The notes: generated by a model not told the origin, from the sequence alone. A stretch of 64,000 bases of DNA from Anoxybacterium hadale (GCF_015243575.1 NZ_CP042469.1); one strand, 5' to 3'; counted from the stretch's first letter, positions 19,832 through 31,244 are shown. A program made the numbers and translations.

Positions 19832-20569
19832 TCATAGTTCTAGTTCATACATTAACATAGCCATAGCTGCCATCCCTGCAGTTTCTGTCCTCAGAATGGT
19901 CTTTCCCAGGGTCACGCTTTTCGCTCCCAGATCCAACAGTGCCTTGGCTTCCTTATCAGAGAATCCACCCTCAGGTCCGATGATCAAAGCTGCATTGAGC
20001 GGCTTTTTTTCAATGCCTTTCAAGTAGTCTTTTATCGAGTAGTCCTGTTCATTTTCATAAGGAAATACGATAAGTTCGTACTGATTCAGGCTATTAATCA
20101 TTTCCTTAAACGTCATTGCCTGTTGAATTTCAGGGATGAGCCCCCGTTTGCACTGTTTTACGGCTTCATCGGCAATCTTCTGCCAACGTTGTATTTTATT
20201 AGAAAAACTACCGTTGTCCACCACCACGGTTCGGTCGGTAAAAACGGGTACGACAGCATATACTCCCAACTCAATATTTTTTTGAATGATGGTTTCCATT
20301 TTCCCCTGCTTGGGAATTCCCTGAAACAAGGTAACCTGAAGTTTCGGCTCCCGGGCAAACTTCTGCTTGTCTAAAATTCGTGCCTCAATGAAATCCTTCT
20401 CAATTGAAATAATTTCCGTCTCATATTCAAACTCAACGGTATCTGAAATAGTCAGCAGATCCCCTGTTCCAAGACGTAGAACCTTTTGGATATGTTTTCG
20501 ATCATCCGAATTTGTGATTCGGATGCTTCCACCTGCGATACTTCCTGCATCTACAAAAAATTTACTCAT
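19832..20569 (-). CDS. rsmE: 16S rRNA (uracil1498-N3)-methyltransferase RsmE
   Basis: 245 aa, PUA-like N-terminus and SPOUT C-terminus (IIGPEGGFS). Confidence 0.88.
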   Translation of the reverse strand: MSKFFVDAGSIAGGSIRITNSDDRKHIQKVLRLGTGDLLTISDTVEFEYETEIISIEKDFIEARILDKQKFAREPKLQVTLFQGIPKQGKMETIIQKNIELGVYAVVPVFTDRTVVVDNGSFSNKIQRWQKIADEAVKQCKRGLIPEIQQAMTFKEMINSLNQYELIVFPYENEQDYSIKDYLKGIEKKPLNAALIIGPEGGFSDKEAKALLDLGAKSVTLGKTILRTETAGMAAMAMLMYELEL

Positions 20570-20661
20570 ACTTTAACCGCCTTACGCAATATATTTCAGC
20601 TCAGTAAGTTCATAGAAACAGGCACAAATTCAGAAAACGAACGCTTCGTATCATGCCTTAT

Positions 20662-21687
20662 TTATGAAAGATAACGAGCCGCTATGGCGCACCATTCCCC
20701 TTCCTCTAAAATTTCTAAAATCCGGAAGCCGCAGGCTTCAATGGCTTCCGCTACAATCTGCTTCTTTTCGATCAGGATTCCGGAGGAGATATAAACGGCT
20801 TTCCCTGTCAAATGGGCTGCAACATCTTTGGACAGCATCATCACAAGATCTGCCATCAGGTTTGCCACCACAATTTCAGCCTTTTCATTTAGCCCCTTGG
20901 TCAGGTCGCCTTCGTAAACACGCACCTTTGATGAGACGCCATTCAATTCCACGTTTTCTTTTGTTACTTCCACTGCTATGGGGTCAATATCCACCGCTGC
21001 AATATCCTTCGCTCCCAGCAGAGCAGCCGCTATGGACAGGATACCAGATCCGCAGCCAACATCTATGATCGAATCCTGGTCTGCCTCTAGGTATTTTTCA
21101 AGGAGTTTGATGCAAAGTGATGTGGTTGGATGAGTGCCGGTACCAAACGCCATACCGGGATCAATTTCTATCACAAGTTCATCTTGTTCTGCTGTGTAAT
21201 CCTCCCAACTTGGTTTGATTACAATACGATCCGTGAGTTTCGCTGGCTTAAAGTACTCTTTCCAGTTATCCCTCCAATCGGAATCATCCACTACTGCCCA
21301 GCTCATTTTGGCTGCAGGAACAGGTCTACTTTCAAGCTTCTCTAGATTCTGCGCGCCGTCTAGTTCATCCAGAATTGAGGAATCAGCATTCCTCGACGCT
21401 CCTTGTACCATTAAACCGTCTTTCCATAACACTTCCAGCTGGTTTAACGTTTCTCTTCCATCCTCCGTATCATCCAGATAAAAGGTGATGCCAGCTTCCA
21501 TACTTTCATAATTCATCAGACTTTCGTCGATATAGTCCCAGTCATAAGAGTTCTTCTTCTCCATCAGCGCCTGAAAATCCTGTGGATCTTCTACAGCAAA
21601 ACCCGCTATCCCCATATCCATGAGGATACAGGTCAGCGGGTCAAGATTTTCCTGCGACGTCTTTATTTTTACTTCAATATACTTCAT
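20662..21687 (-). CDS. prmA: Ribosomal protein L11 methyltransferase PrmA
   Basis: [17 protein letters not shown] motif. Conserved prmA-dnaJ adjacency. Confidence 0.9.
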   Translation of the reverse strand: MKYIEVKIKTSQENLDPLTCILMDMGIAGFAVEDPQDFQALMEKKNSYDWDYIDESLMNYESMEAGITFYLDDTEDGRETLNQLEVLWKDGLMVQGASRNADSSILDELDGAQNLEKLESRPVPAAKMSWAVVDDSDWRDNWKEYFKPAKLTDRIVIKPSWEDYTAEQDELVIEIDPGMAFGTGTHPTTSLCIKLLEKYLEADQDSIIDVGCGSGILSIAAALLGAKDIAAVDIDPIAVEVTKENVELNGVSSKVRVYEGDLTKGLNEKAEIVVANLMADLVMMLSKDVAAHLTGKAVYISSGILIEKKQIVAEAIEACGFRILEILEEGEWCAIAARYLS

Positions 21688-22841
21688 GATCCTTTAAAGA
21701 TCTCCTTCATCGCATCTGCAAACTTTTTCTTTTTGGAGTAACATCCTTCCGTATTCAGTGATTCTCCAAACTTGCTGATCAGCTTCTTTTGTTCGCTTGT
21801 TAGTTTTGTTGGAACTTCAAGAGTCACCTTAACATAAAGATCCCCAACCTTTGAAGTTCTTAAAGATTTAATTCCCTTGCCCTTCAGCCTGAACACCGTT
21901 TCCGGCTGCGTACCGGCAGGGATCTTATAGGATACCTTTTCTTTTAAGGTAGGAACGATGATGTCATCCCCAAGAGCCGCCTGTGTAAAGGTAATCGGCA
22001 GATCAAGCCACAAATCCGTACCTTTTCTTGTGAACAACTGATGAGGCTGGACACCAATGACCACATAAAGGTCGCCGTTTGGACCTCCGTTGCTGCCCGG
22101 CTCTCCTTGGCCTTTGATGGAGATTACCGAATCGTTATCAACTCCGGCAGGAATCTCCACGGAAATGGTAACGGTCTTTCTGACCTTACCGGACCCGCTG
22201 CAGCTTGGGCAGGGATTCTCGATGGTCTCTCCTGTCCCGCCGCACTTATCACATGCGGATACGTTGGTAAACTGTCCGAATGGGGTCCTTTGTGTGGTGC
22301 GAACTTCGCCGCTGCCGTTGCACTTGGAACAAGTTACCTTTTCCGAGCCTTGCGCAGCGCCGCTTCCACCGCAGGTCTCACATTCAACATATTTATTAAT
22401 TTGAATTTGCTTTTTTGCTCCGAAAGCAGCTTCTTCAAATGCAATGCTGATATTTTTCTGTAAATCCTGACCCTTTCTCGGTCCGTTTCTTCTTCTGGCA
22501 CCGCCTTGACTAAAGCCTCCTCCAAACATTCCGCCAAACAGATCGCCGAAAATGTCTTCAAAGCCACCTCCAAAACCGCCTCCGAAACCGCCGCCTCCGA
22601 AGCCAGCATTGGGATCTACCCCAGCATGGCCGAATCGGTCATATTTATCCTTTTTCTGAGGGTCAGAAAGTATGCTGTATGCTTCATTTACTTCTTTGAA
22701 TTTTTCTTCTGCGGTCTTGTCTCCAGGATTTCTGTCCGGATGATATTCCATTGCTTTCTTTCGGAATGCCTTTTTTATCTCGTCATCCGCCGCTCCCTTG
22801 TTCAGTCCAAGGACCTCATAAAAATCACGTTTTTCTGCCAT
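21684..22841 (-). CDS. dnaJ: Chaperone DnaJ
   Basis: J domain (YHPDRN), G/F region, four CxxCxGxG zinc repeats. Confidence 0.95.
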   Translation of the reverse strand: MAEKRDFYEVLGLNKGAADDEIKKAFRKKAMEYHPDRNPGDKTAEEKFKEVNEAYSILSDPQKKDKYDRFGHAGVDPNAGFGGGGFGGGFGGGFEDIFGDLFGGMFGGGFSQGGARRRNGPRKGQDLQKNISIAFEEAAFGAKKQIQINKYVECETCGGSGAAQGSEKVTCSKCNGSGEVRTTQRTPFGQFTNVSACDKCGGTGETIENPCPSCSGSGKVRKTVTISVEIPAGVDNDSVISIKGQGEPGSNGGPNGDLYVVIGVQPHQLFTRKGTDLWLDLPITFTQAALGDDIIVPTLKEKVSYKIPAGTQPETVFRLKGKGIKSLRTSKVGDLYVKVTLEVPTKLTSEQKKLISKFGESLNTEGCYSKKKKFADAMKEIFKGS

Positions 22842-23081
22842 CACTGTAACCCTCTCTTAAGAATCGAAAGCCTAATTGCTCTCGTTGATATATTATTCTA
22901 TGTTCTGCGCGACAAATTCAGAAACGACCGCTCAAAATCGATCAGTCATTTCTGAATCTGCAGTTTCCCAGAATCTAATCACATTTGCGGTACGTTCCCG
23001 AAGGACCGCACCGCAAAATTATACTTCATTTTATTGATTGCCGTCAACTTATTTGTTGCCGCAAGCAACGCTATCATTCAT

Positions 23082-24965
23082 TTATTTGTTGTCATCAACT
23101 ACTTCGTAATCCGCATCAACCACATTGTCCGGTCTAGCCTGTGTATCGTCAGCAGCATCCGCTCCGCCCATATTTCCAGGATTGAAACCTGCTGCTCCGG
23201 GATCAAAACCAGCTCCGCCCTGCGCCTGCTGTGCCTGCTGGTACATCTTTGCAGAAATGGTGTGGAATTCTTCCGTCAGTGCATCGGTCTTCTCTTTGAT
23301 CTCCTGAACGTTGTTGCCTTCCAGTGATTTGGACAGAGCATCTTTCGCGCTGTTGATTTTTGCCTTTTCATCTTCGCTTAAGCTTGCTTCAATATCCTTC
23401 AAGGATTTTTCGGTTTCATAAACCAGCGTTTCCGCCCTGTTTCTGATATCGATCTCTTCCTTCTTCTTTTTATCTTCTTCCGCATACAGTTCAGCTTCCT
23501 TGATCTTCTGCTTAATATCGTCATCGGAAAGCTTCGTGGATGATGTGATGGTAATTCTCTGTTCCTTACCGGTTCCCATATCCTTTGCACTTACGTTTAC
23601 GATACCGTTGGCATCAATATCAAAAGTAACTTCGATCTGTGGGATTCCACGTGGTGCCGGCGGAATACCGGAAAGCTGGAATCTTCCAAGGGTAATATTT
23701 CCTGCTGCCATTTCTCTTTCACCCTGCATTACGTGAATGTCAACGGCAGTCTGATTGTCTGCAGCGGTTGAGAAGATCTGGCTCTTCTTTGTAGGAATTG
23801 TTGTATTTCTTTCAATGAGCTTGGTTGCAACTCCGCCTAAAGTCTCAATGGACAGGGAGAGCGGAGTAACATCCAGGAGCAGAACGTCTTTTACTTCACC
23901 GGTGAGAACGCCGGCCTGTACCGCAGCACCTACCGCTACGCATTCATCAGGGTTAATTCCTTTGAATGGGTCTTTTCCTGTAATTTTCTTAACAGCATCC
24001 TGTACTGCAGGGATTCTCGTGGAACCTCCAACCAGAATTACTTTTGCCAGATCTGTATTGGTTACACCTGCATCAGACATAGCCTTTCTCATAGGCTCAA
24101 TGGTCTTTTCAACAAGGTGTGAGGTCAACTGATCAAATTTTGCTCTGGTGATATCCATATTTAAGTGGAGTGGACCGTCTGCATTTACAGTTATGAAAGG
24201 CAGATTGATATTGGTTGTCTGTGAGCTGGAGAGCTCTTTCTTTGCCTTTTCAGCCGCTTCCTTTAATCTCTGATGAGCCATTTTGTCTTTTCTGAGGTCT
24301 ACGCCATTTTCCTTCGCAAAGCTATCTGCAATAAAGTTCATCAGCGCTTCGTCAAAATCATCTCCACCCAGTCTGTTGTTTCCGTTTGTGGCAAGTACTT
24401 CAAAAACGCCGTCTCCAAGTTCAAGAATGGAAACGTCGAACGTACCACCACCAAGGTCATAAACAAGAATCTTGTGATGTTCATGATCTTTATCAAGGCC
24501 GTATGCAAGGGATGCAGCAGTAGGCTCGTTGATAATTCTTTTTACATCTAGACCAGCAATTTTTCCGGCATCCTTGGTTGCCTGTTTCTGGCTGTCTGTG
24601 AAGTATGCGGGAACAGTAATAACCGCTTCTGTAATCTTCTCACCGAGATAGCTTTCCGCATCTGCCTTCAGCTTGGCGAGAATCATTGCGGAGATATCCT
24701 GCGGCGTATATCCTTTTCCGTCTATTTCAACTTTGTGATCTGTTCCCATATGTCTTTTTATAGATGCGATGGTTCTGTCAGGGTTTGTGATCGCCTGTCT
24801 TTTAGCGGTTTCCCCTACCAGTCTCTCTCCATTTTTAGCAAAACCAACCACAGATGGTGTGGTTCTGTTTCCTTCTGCATTTGCAATTACAACCGGTTCG
24901 CCGCCTTCTAATACAGCAACGCAAGAATTGGTTGTTCCAAGGTCAATTCCTATAACTTTTCCCAT
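23082..24965 (-). CDS. dnaK: Chaperone DnaK (Hsp70)
   Basis: [26 protein letters not shown]. 627 aa. Confidence 0.97.
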   Translation of the reverse strand: MGKVIGIDLGTTNSCVAVLEGGEPVVIANAEGNRTTPSVVGFAKNGERLVGETAKRQAITNPDRTIASIKRHMGTDHKVEIDGKGYTPQDISAMILAKLKADAESYLGEKITEAVITVPAYFTDSQKQATKDAGKIAGLDVKRIINEPTAASLAYGLDKDHEHHKILVYDLGGGTFDVSILELGDGVFEVLATNGNNRLGGDDFDEALMNFIADSFAKENGVDLRKDKMAHQRLKEAAEKAKKELSSSQTTNINLPFITVNADGPLHLNMDITRAKFDQLTSHLVEKTIEPMRKAMSDAGVTNTDLAKVILVGGSTRIPAVQDAVKKITGKDPFKGINPDECVAVGAAVQAGVLTGEVKDVLLLDVTPLSLSIETLGGVATKLIERNTTIPTKKSQIFSTAADNQTAVDIHVMQGEREMAAGNITLGRFQLSGIPPAPRGIPQIEVTFDIDANGIVNVSAKDMGTGKEQRITITSSTKLSDDDIKQKIKEAELYAEEDKKKKEEIDIRNRAETLVYETEKSLKDIEASLSEDEKAKINSAKDALSKSLEGNNVQEIKEKTDALTEEFHTISAKMYQQAQQAQGGAGFDPGAAGFNPGNMGGADAADDTQARPDNVVDADYEVVDDNK

Positions 24966-25028
24966 GATATGATCCTCCTATTTTTTAATCCTATCTTTTG
25001 ATTTTCATTTTGCGGCTTCTTCCACCGC

Positions 25029-25622
25029 TTATTCCGCTACCTTAACCATAGCAGGTCTGATTACTTTTTTATTCAGCAGATACCCCTTTTGCAATACCTG
25101 TGTGATGTTCCCGCTTTCATGCTCGCTGGAGTTTTCCATAATTACCGCATGATGAAAGTTGGGATCAAATGGCTCCCCATGGGGAGTCATTTCTTCAACG
25201 CCGCTCTTCTCCAGTACCCCTTTGAACTGTTTAAAAATCATGTTCATACCTTCCGAAAAGCTGTCGCTGCTGCCCTCGCTATGTTCCAGAGCTCTTTCAA
25301 AATTATCTATTACATCAAGCAAGTCTACTACGATCTTCTCGTTAGCATATGCATAAATGTCGCTCTTCTCTTTTTCCACTCTTTTTCTAAAATTCTGGAA
25401 ATCGGCCGCAAGTCTAAGGTAGCGAGTATTCAGTTCCTCATCTTCCTTGTTCTGCTCCTCATTTCCAGTTTGATTTCCCCCTGAATTCGCTTGGTCAGCT
25501 TCCTCGGTCCCGGCCGAAGCATTCTTGTCGAAAGCTTCCGTGTCCATTGTCTCTTCAGAAGTTTCTGAACCGGGCTTTCTTTCGAATCCTGCCGTATCCT
25601 CAGGCGCTTTCTTCTTACTCAT
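25029..25622 (-). CDS. grpE: Nucleotide exchange factor GrpE
   Basis: YLRLAADFQNFRKR GrpE signature. 197 aa. Confidence 0.9.
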   Translation of the reverse strand: MSKKKAPEDTAGFERKPGSETSEETMDTEAFDKNASAGTEEADQANSGGNQTGNEEQNKEDEELNTRYLRLAADFQNFRKRVEKEKSDIYAYANEKIVVDLLDVIDNFERALEHSEGSSDSFSEGMNMIFKQFKGVLEKSGVEEMTPHGEPFDPNFHHAVIMENSSEHESGNITQVLQKGYLLNKKVIRPAMVKVAE

Positions 25623-26661
25623 CTTCTTTGTCTCCTCCCGTTAGTTTAAAAGTTTGGCTGATATTATCTGTAATATATTGAATGATTGAGGTAACCTCGT
25701 CATACTTCATCCGTGTGGGGCCTATTACGCCTAGTTTTCCAACCATCTGTCCATTGATATGATAGGTGGCGGTAATCAGGCTGCAATCCCGCATATAGTC
25801 CTCTTTATTCTCATTTCCGATGGTAATAATCATTCCGTTGTCACGGTTAATCAAAACATCAGTAAAGTGTTTTTTCTGATGGATCATCTCAAGGAATACT
25901 TTGGCTTTTTCGATGTCATTGTATTCCGGAATCGAAAAGATGTTTGTGAGCCCATCCATGAACAACTCCACATTCAGCATGTTTTCGAGTGTATTGATAA
26001 AATTGGGGCGGATTGTTTCCATCAATTTCCCCATAGTTTCGATATCGCTTTCGAAATTTTTAATGATGTCCAGCGTCAAAATATCACTCAAGGTCTTCCC
26101 TTTATAGTTAAAGGTCATCACCTTTGACATCAAAGTCAGATGCTCTTCTGAATAAGGGTTACTCAGTTTAATCGCTGTATTGGATACCTTGCCACTCTCC
26201 GTCACGATCATCAGAACAACCGTATGATCATCCACCGGAAGGAAATTGATATATTTCAGCTGATTGGCTTCCTGATTTGGTGTAATGGCAAAGGAAGTCA
26301 AATTCGTAAGTTCCGACAGCAGGCTGGCTGCATGCTGAATGGTCTTTTCCAGTTCTGATACATTCTTGGTTAATTTTTCGGCGATGATTTTCTTTTCTTC
26401 TTCCGGAAGCTCATACCGTTTCATCAAGTTGTTGACATATAGGCGATACGCCTTGTCAGAAGGAACTCTTCCTGCCGATGTGTGCGGGTGTGTCAGAAAT
26501 CCCATCTCTTCCAGATCGGACATTTCGTTTCGTATCGTTGCCGGGCTGATTCCCATATCATATTTCTTTGAAAGCGTACGGGATCCAATGGGTTCAGCAG
26601 AACGGATAAAGTCTCCCACGATCGCTTGCAGTATTCTTAGTTTTCTTTCCGACAAATCCAT
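25615..26661 (-). CDS. hrcA: Heat-inducible transcription repressor HrcA
   Basis: MDLSERKLRILQAIV...GSRTLSK winged-HTH. The track ORF starts at a GTG four codons upstream. Confidence 0.9.
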   Translation of the reverse strand: MDLSERKLRILQAIVGDFIRSAEPIGSRTLSKKYDMGISPATIRNEMSDLEEMGFLTHPHTSAGRVPSDKAYRLYVNNLMKRYELPEEEKKIIAEKLTKNVSELEKTIQHAASLLSELTNLTSFAITPNQEANQLKYINFLPVDDHTVVLMIVTESGKVSNTAIKLSNPYSEEHLTLMSKVMTFNYKGKTLSDILTLDIIKNFESDIETMGKLMETIRPNFINTLENMLNVELFMDGLTNIFSIPEYNDIEKAKVFLEMIHQKKHFTDVLINRDNGMIITIGNENKEDYMRDCSLITATYHINGQMVGKLGVIGPTRMKYDEVTSIIQYITDNISQTFKLTGGDKEDE

Positions 26662-26709
26662 CTTTATCACCACATTTCAAAGAATTTTACGATTCACTGT
26701 TTTGATTTG

Positions 26710-26736
26710 TTAGCACTCGATACGAGTGAGTGCTAA
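26710..26736. promoter_or_regulatory. CIRCE operator (HrcA binding site), perfect consensus
   Basis: TTAGCACTC-gatacgagt-GAGTGCTAA, immediately upstream of hrcA. Confidence 0.92.
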
Positions 26737-26747
26737 TTCTTAGTTTT

Positions 26748-26776
26748 AATTTAACACTGTTGATCTTTAATGTCAA
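26748..26776 (-). promoter_or_regulatory. Putative SigA promoter of the hrcA-grpE-dnaK-dnaJ operon
   Basis: Minus-strand TTGACA (26771-26776), 17-nt spacer, TAAATT (26748-26753). CIRCE lies just downstream of the predicted start. Confidence 0.5.
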
Positions 26777-26783
26777 CAGTGTT
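26753..26783. promoter_or_regulatory. Perfect 11-bp inverted repeat AACACTGTTGA-N9-TCAACAGTGTT overlapping the hrcA promoter
   Basis: Seen directly. One arm contains the -35 TTGACA. There is no adjacent U-run, so an operator is more likely than a terminator. Confidence 0.4.
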
Positions 26784-26891
26784 TTATAAAATAATGCAAT
26801 ATTTTTGGTAATTTCTGTTTCCATAGTCAATCGGGCAAGCCCTTCTGTTTTGCAGGTTGACCTGCGCACAGAAGGAACCAGAGTTCCCCTC

Positions 26892-27689
26892 CTAACCTAG
26901 CGCCACATCCAAAATCATCATCACAAGAAAACCGAGCATCACGCCGAAGGTTCCTTTATGGGAGTGCTCCCCAAGACAAGCTTCCGGGATCAATTCCTCC
27001 ACCACAACATAGATCATCGCTCCTGCAGCCATGGCTAATAGCCACGGCATAATGCCGACAATAGATCCGACTAAGAGTACACCTGCAACACCAGCGATGG
27101 GCTCCACGATACCGGATGCCGCTCCATAAAGAAACGCCTTCATTCTGGAAAGACCTTCCTGCCGTAACGGCAATGAAATCGCAGCGCCTTCCGGAAAATT
27201 CTGAAGACCAATACCTACTGCAAGAACGATAGCAGATGCAATTGTTACGGTAGAATTGCCCTGGGCAGCCATACCAAATGTCAGCCCTACAGCCAAGCCC
27301 TCTGGAATATTATGAAGCGTTACAGCAAGAACCAACAGTGTTGTTCTTTTCCAGCTGGATTGAAGACCCTCAGGAGTCTTGCTTTCGAGGTGCAAATGGG
27401 GCAAAATACGATCCAGCAATAGCAGAAAGAGCCCTCCTATTACAAACCCCCCTGCGGCAGGAATCCACCCAATCATCCCTTGCTCTTCTGCCATTTCTAT
27501 GGCGGGAATGAGAAGAGACCAAACGGAAGCTGCAATCATAACACCACCAGCAAAGCCCAAAAACAATCTTCGAACGTCCGCTGACATCTCCTTGCGAAAG
27601 AAAAAGACAACTGCTGCACCCAGCGCTGTCATTAAAAATGTTCCCCCGGTTCCAAGAAGTGCAAGCAACACCGGATTTAAATCTGTCAT
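26892..27689 (-). CDS. ZIP family metal (zinc/iron) transporter
   Basis: 8 TM helices with the HNIPEGLAVG ZIP signature. Start at MTDLNPV, which has a GGAGG RBS. Confidence 0.85.
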   Translation of the reverse strand: MTDLNPVLLALLGTGGTFLMTALGAAVVFFFRKEMSADVRRLFLGFAGGVMIAASVWSLLIPAIEMAEEQGMIGWIPAAGGFVIGGLFLLLLDRILPHLHLESKTPEGLQSSWKRTTLLVLAVTLHNIPEGLAVGLTFGMAAQGNSTVTIASAIVLAVGIGLQNFPEGAAISLPLRQEGLSRMKAFLYGAASGIVEPIAGVAGVLLVGSIVGIMPWLLAMAAGAMIYVVVEELIPEACLGEHSHKGTFGVMLGFLVMMILDVALG

Positions 27690-27744
27690 AAAAACCTCCA
27701 CAGCTATTTTGCTTTTTTTTATCTTTTATTTCTGTCATTCTCTG

Positions 27745-27759
27745 TTTGAATGATTCAAA
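27745..27759. promoter_or_regulatory. 15-bp perfect palindrome TTTGAATGATTCAAA upstream of the ZIP transporter gene
   Basis: 7-1-7 dyad about 55 bp upstream of the ZIP start. Candidate metalloregulator operator, though it does not match the Fur/Zur consensus that I recall. Confidence 0.3.
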
Positions 27760-27934
27760 ACCAGGTTGGCTGATTCATCCTCACCCTCAGATTTTTGCCG
27801 AATTTATATATTATATTTACCATATGTGCTATAATTTTAAACATAGCGAAGCGCTGATTTAATAGAAGGTGCGCAGATGTTTATCAGCGTTTCCACAGAT
27901 GATTTCCCGATCGAATCATGAAAGGAGCTGTGCA

Positions 27935-28591
27935 ATGAACAAGAAAGTCGTTATTACCATTGCCAGGCAATTTGGCAGCGGAGGCAGAGAAATTGGCGAA
28001 ATGCTCGCGGAAAAATTAAAAATCCCATTCTACGACAAAGCTCTGATCCATTTTGCTGCAGAAGCAAGCGGGATTGATGAAGATCTTTTTGCTTTCGCAG
28101 ATGAGAAAGCAGTTCAAAGTTTTTGGTCCGCAACCTCCGGCGCAACAGGAGTTTATGGCAGCCGGCTTCCCGTTTTCAATGAAATACCCATGAACGATAA
28201 GTTGTTCTTGATTCAATCCAACACAATTAAGAAACTTGCCTCCGAGAGTTCTTGCGTCATAGTAGGCAGATGTGCTGATTATATCTTACGTAGTGAGCCC
28301 TATGCACTTTCCGTGTTTATCCATTCAGAAGACGAGGATAAGATCAATCGGATCATCCGTTCCTATGGTGTTCCTGAAAAAGAAGCACAGGAAACTATGA
28401 TTAAAACGGACAAAAAACGTGCTTCCTACTATAATTATTATTCTGGTGAAAAATGGGGCCGTGCCGATAATTATGATCTAGCAGTCAACACCTCTGCTGT
28501 CGGGATAGAAGGTGCAGTCAGCCTGATTATAAAATTTGCCGAATTAAAGTTCGCGGAATCACCACAGTCCACCGATACAATTTATCCATAA
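27935..28591 (+). CDS. Cytidylate kinase-like family protein (P-loop NTPase)
   Basis: MNKKVVITIARQFGSGGREIG (P-loop-like). AAAGGAG RBS. The track ORF extends upstream without an RBS. Confidence 0.6.
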   Translation: MNKKVVITIARQFGSGGREIGEMLAEKLKIPFYDKALIHFAAEASGIDEDLFAFADEKAVQSFWSATSGATGVYGSRLPVFNEIPMNDKLFLIQSNTIKKLASESSCVIVGRCADYILRSEPYALSVFIHSEDEDKINRIIRSYGVPEKEAQETMIKTDKKRASYYNYYSGEKWGRADNYDLAVNTSAVGIEGAVSLIIKFAELKFAESPQSTDTIYP

Positions 28592-29546
28592 AATGATGAT
28601 ATAGTGCTGCTGCTAAAGGTCTGGAAAAGAGCCACACTGACAGAACAGCCAAAACGGCCAGCAGCAGAAATGAAACACCACTATTGTCAAAAGGAAATCC
28701 AAACGCTTTTACAAAATAACGAATGATAATATGCAGTATATAAACCGTCATGGTATTTTGCCCGATCATTGCCAAAAACGTGTTTCTTCGAGGGAGAAGA
28801 TTGATAAAAATTATGATCCATACGAGAGAAATTGCGGAGAGAAGCAGCCGAATTGCCGCACCCTCGAGATTACCGAGACCTGTTGCACCATAAGAATTCT
28901 TCATATGAAATGCTTCCAAAGGTACTGCTTCAAGAACCGTCAGAGCGGCTATGAAGAAAAGCAGTATTGCCAAGGTCATCATGGAAGCTGCTTTCGGTAT
29001 TCTACGGATTTTCTCAATCCACTCCTCTTTACAATAATATCCCATTAGGAAGAATGGAAGAAATGCTAAAGTTCTTCCAAGGGCTAATGTGGAATCGAAA
29101 AATGGTATAAATCCTGCTGTCAGCGAAACAAAAAAGCTGATCAGCAGGATATTTTTTATCTTAATCAGGTCAATGAGGAAATATCGGTAAAAGAATAAGG
29201 TCAGCAAATACCAAAGGGCCATGGTCGGCAGCGTCAGATCAAAGTGCGCATCTCCAAAGACGAGATATCTAATACCAAACATGATCGGCATGAGGATCAG
29301 ATATGGATACAGAAAGGTTTTAAATGCGTTGTCCCTGCACTTCTGCGGATCACCTGAAAAATACCCTGAAATAAAGAAAAATGCCTGCATGATATATGAA
29401 AAAGAAGTGATATAGACGATTCCTTCTAAATCTTCCATATCAAAAGAAGTGCTTGCCCTAAAATAATGGGCAAGCACCACTGAAAAAATCAATATCGCCT
29501 TTATATTATCGAAAAGGTAATTTCTATTGCCTATGCTCTCTGCCAA
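28527..29546 (-). CDS. Acyltransferase family 3 membrane protein
   Basis: 339 aa, about 10 TM helices. NIKAILIFSVVLAHY resembles Acyl_transf_3. The 3' end overlaps the convergent gene by 65 bp. Confidence 0.75.
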   Translation of the reverse strand: MAESIGNRNYLFDNIKAILIFSVVLAHYFRASTSFDMEDLEGIVYITSFSYIMQAFFFISGYFSGDPQKCRDNAFKTFLYPYLILMPIMFGIRYLVFGDAHFDLTLPTMALWYLLTLFFYRYFLIDLIKIKNILLISFFVSLTAGFIPFFDSTLALGRTLAFLPFFLMGYYCKEEWIEKIRRIPKAASMMTLAILLFFIAALTVLEAVPLEAFHMKNSYGATGLGNLEGAAIRLLLSAISLVWIIIFINLLPRRNTFLAMIGQNTMTVYILHIIIRYFVKAFGFPFDNSGVSFLLLAVLAVLSVWLFSRPLAAALYHHFMDKLYRWTVVIPRTLIRQIL

Positions 29547-29643
29547 TTTTATTTTTCCTTCGATTTATCCTGTTTCTGATCCCGCAGCTGCAAATTGAGG
29601 TCAGAATCGTGGTGCATCTTTAATTATCACGCAATATTTTAAT

Positions 29644-29703
29644 GCAATTTGTGAGCAATTTCAAGCACAATTTCTAGCAATATTTCAAGTACAATTTCTA
29701 GTA
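29644..29703. repeat. About five imperfect tandem 12-bp repeats (CAATTTCWAGYA) upstream of the acyltransferase gene
   Basis: gcaatttgtgag caatttcaagca caatttctagca atatttcaagta caatttctagta. Confidence 0.5.
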
Positions 29704-29753
29704 ATGTTTATACGATACCGTTTTCTCCGTGTGATCGAAATTTTCATTCCATG

Positions 29754-31244
29754 TTATTTGGCCCATCCGAAGGAAGTTGAAACCGCTTTCTGCCAACCTC
29801 TCAGCAATTCTGTTCTGACCTCAGATTTCATTTCCGGCTGGAAGGTCGTTTCAATTTGCCAATTATCCAGAACATCCTCTTTTCCGTTCCAATATCCAGC
29901 CGCAAGCCCCGCCAGATACGCAGCACCCAAGGAAGTGGTTTCAATCGTTACAGGACGTTTTACAGATACGTCCATTAGGTCAGATTGAAATTGCATCAGA
30001 AAATCATTGGCACATGCTCCACCATCCACTTTTAGAGCCGCAAGCCGAATCCCAGAGTCTTCCTCCATAGCCTTCAATACGTCATAGGATTGATAAGCGA
30101 GAGATTCCAGCGTCGCCCTTACAATGTGGTATTTATTGGAACCTCTGGTGAGTCCTACGAGCGTTCCTCTTGCATAAGGATCCCAGTATGGCGCTCCCAG
30201 CCCTACAAAGGCAGGAACGAGATATACCCCATTGGTATCCTCAACTTTTCTTGCCATCCACTCCGAGTCAGCCGAACGGTCCAGGAGACCCAGTTCATCT
30301 CGGAGCCACTGGATGGCAGCTCCTGCAATAAATACAGAGCCCTCCAGTGCGTAATTTACCGTTCCATCAAGCCCCCATGCGATGGTGGTCAGCAACCCTT
30401 TCTGGGAATGAACTGGTTTCGTTCCAGTATTCATTAGGAGAAAACAACCGGTGCCGTAGGTATTCTTCGCTTCTCCTTCTGAGAAACACGTCTGACCAAA
30501 CAAGGCAGCTTGCTGATCTCCCGCAGCTCCTGCAATGGGAATTTCTCCACCGAAAATAGAACTGTCCGTTACACCATAAATGTGGCTGGAAGGTTTTGAC
30601 TCAGGCAGCATAGAAACGGGTATCCCAAGCTCATTTAGTATTTCTCGATCCCATTCAAGTGTGTGGATATTAAAAAGCATCGTTCTTGAGGCATTTGAAA
30701 AATCCGTTATGTGAACCTTGCCCCCAGTCAGCTTCCAAATCAGCCAGGTTTCCACGGTTCCAAATAAAAGTTCACCGCGGTGTGCCCGCTCTGCCGCTCC
30801 TTCCACATGGTCTAGAATCCATTTAATCTTTGTCCCTGAAAAATATGCGTCGATGGGTAATCCCGTTTTATTCCGAAACGTTTCCGACAATCCTTTTTCT
30901 TTCAGGCTGTCGCAATACTCCGCGGTCCGTCTGCATTGCCATACAATGGCATTAGAGACCGGCTTCCCGGTCTCCTTATCCCATACGATGGTTGTTTCTC
31001 TTTGATTGGTAATGCCGATGGCGCAGATGTTTTTATAACCGGCGTTAATCTTGTACATGGCTTCCTGAGCAACCCCAATCTGGGTAGACCAGATTTCCAT
31101 TGCGTCATGTTCGACCCAGCCCGGCTTGGGATAGATCTGGGTGAATTCCTTTTGCGCAAGGCTTATAATTTCGCCCTTTTTGTTGTATAGAATACACCGG
31201 GAACTCGTGGTTCCCTGATCCAGTGCCATGATGTACTGCTCCAT
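29754..31244 (-). CDS. glpK: Glycerol kinase
   Basis: [16 protein letters not shown] with FGGT family motifs. 496 aa. Confidence 0.95.
   Translation of the reverse strand: MEQYIMALDQGTTSSRCILYNKKGEIISLAQKEFTQIYPKPGWVEHDAMEIWSTQIGVAQEAMYKINAGYKNICAIGITNQRETTIVWDKETGKPVSNAIVWQCRRTAEYCDSLKEKGLSETFRNKTGLPIDAYFSGTKIKWILDHVEGAAERAHRGELLFGTVETWLIWKLTGGKVHITDFSNASRTMLFNIHTLEWDREILNELGIPVSMLPESKPSSHIYGVTDSSIFGGEIPIAGAAGDQQAALFGQTCFSEGEAKNTYGTGCFLLMNTGTKPVHSQKGLLTTIAWGLDGTVNYALEGSVFIAGAAIQWLRDELGLLDRSADSEWMARKVEDTNGVYLVPAFVGLGAPYWDPYARGTLVGLTRGSNKYHIVRATLESLAYQSYDVLKAMEEDSGIRLAALKVDGGACANDFLMQFQSDLMDVSVKRPVTIETTSLGAAYLAGLAAGYWNGKEDVLDNWQIETTFQPEMKSEVRTELLRGWQKAVSTSFGWAK

Noticed and set aside
22041..22463. 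140-aa and 104-aa plus-strand ORFs
   Set aside because: Antisense to the dnaJ Gly/Phe-rich and zinc-finger regions. The codon bias is an artefact.
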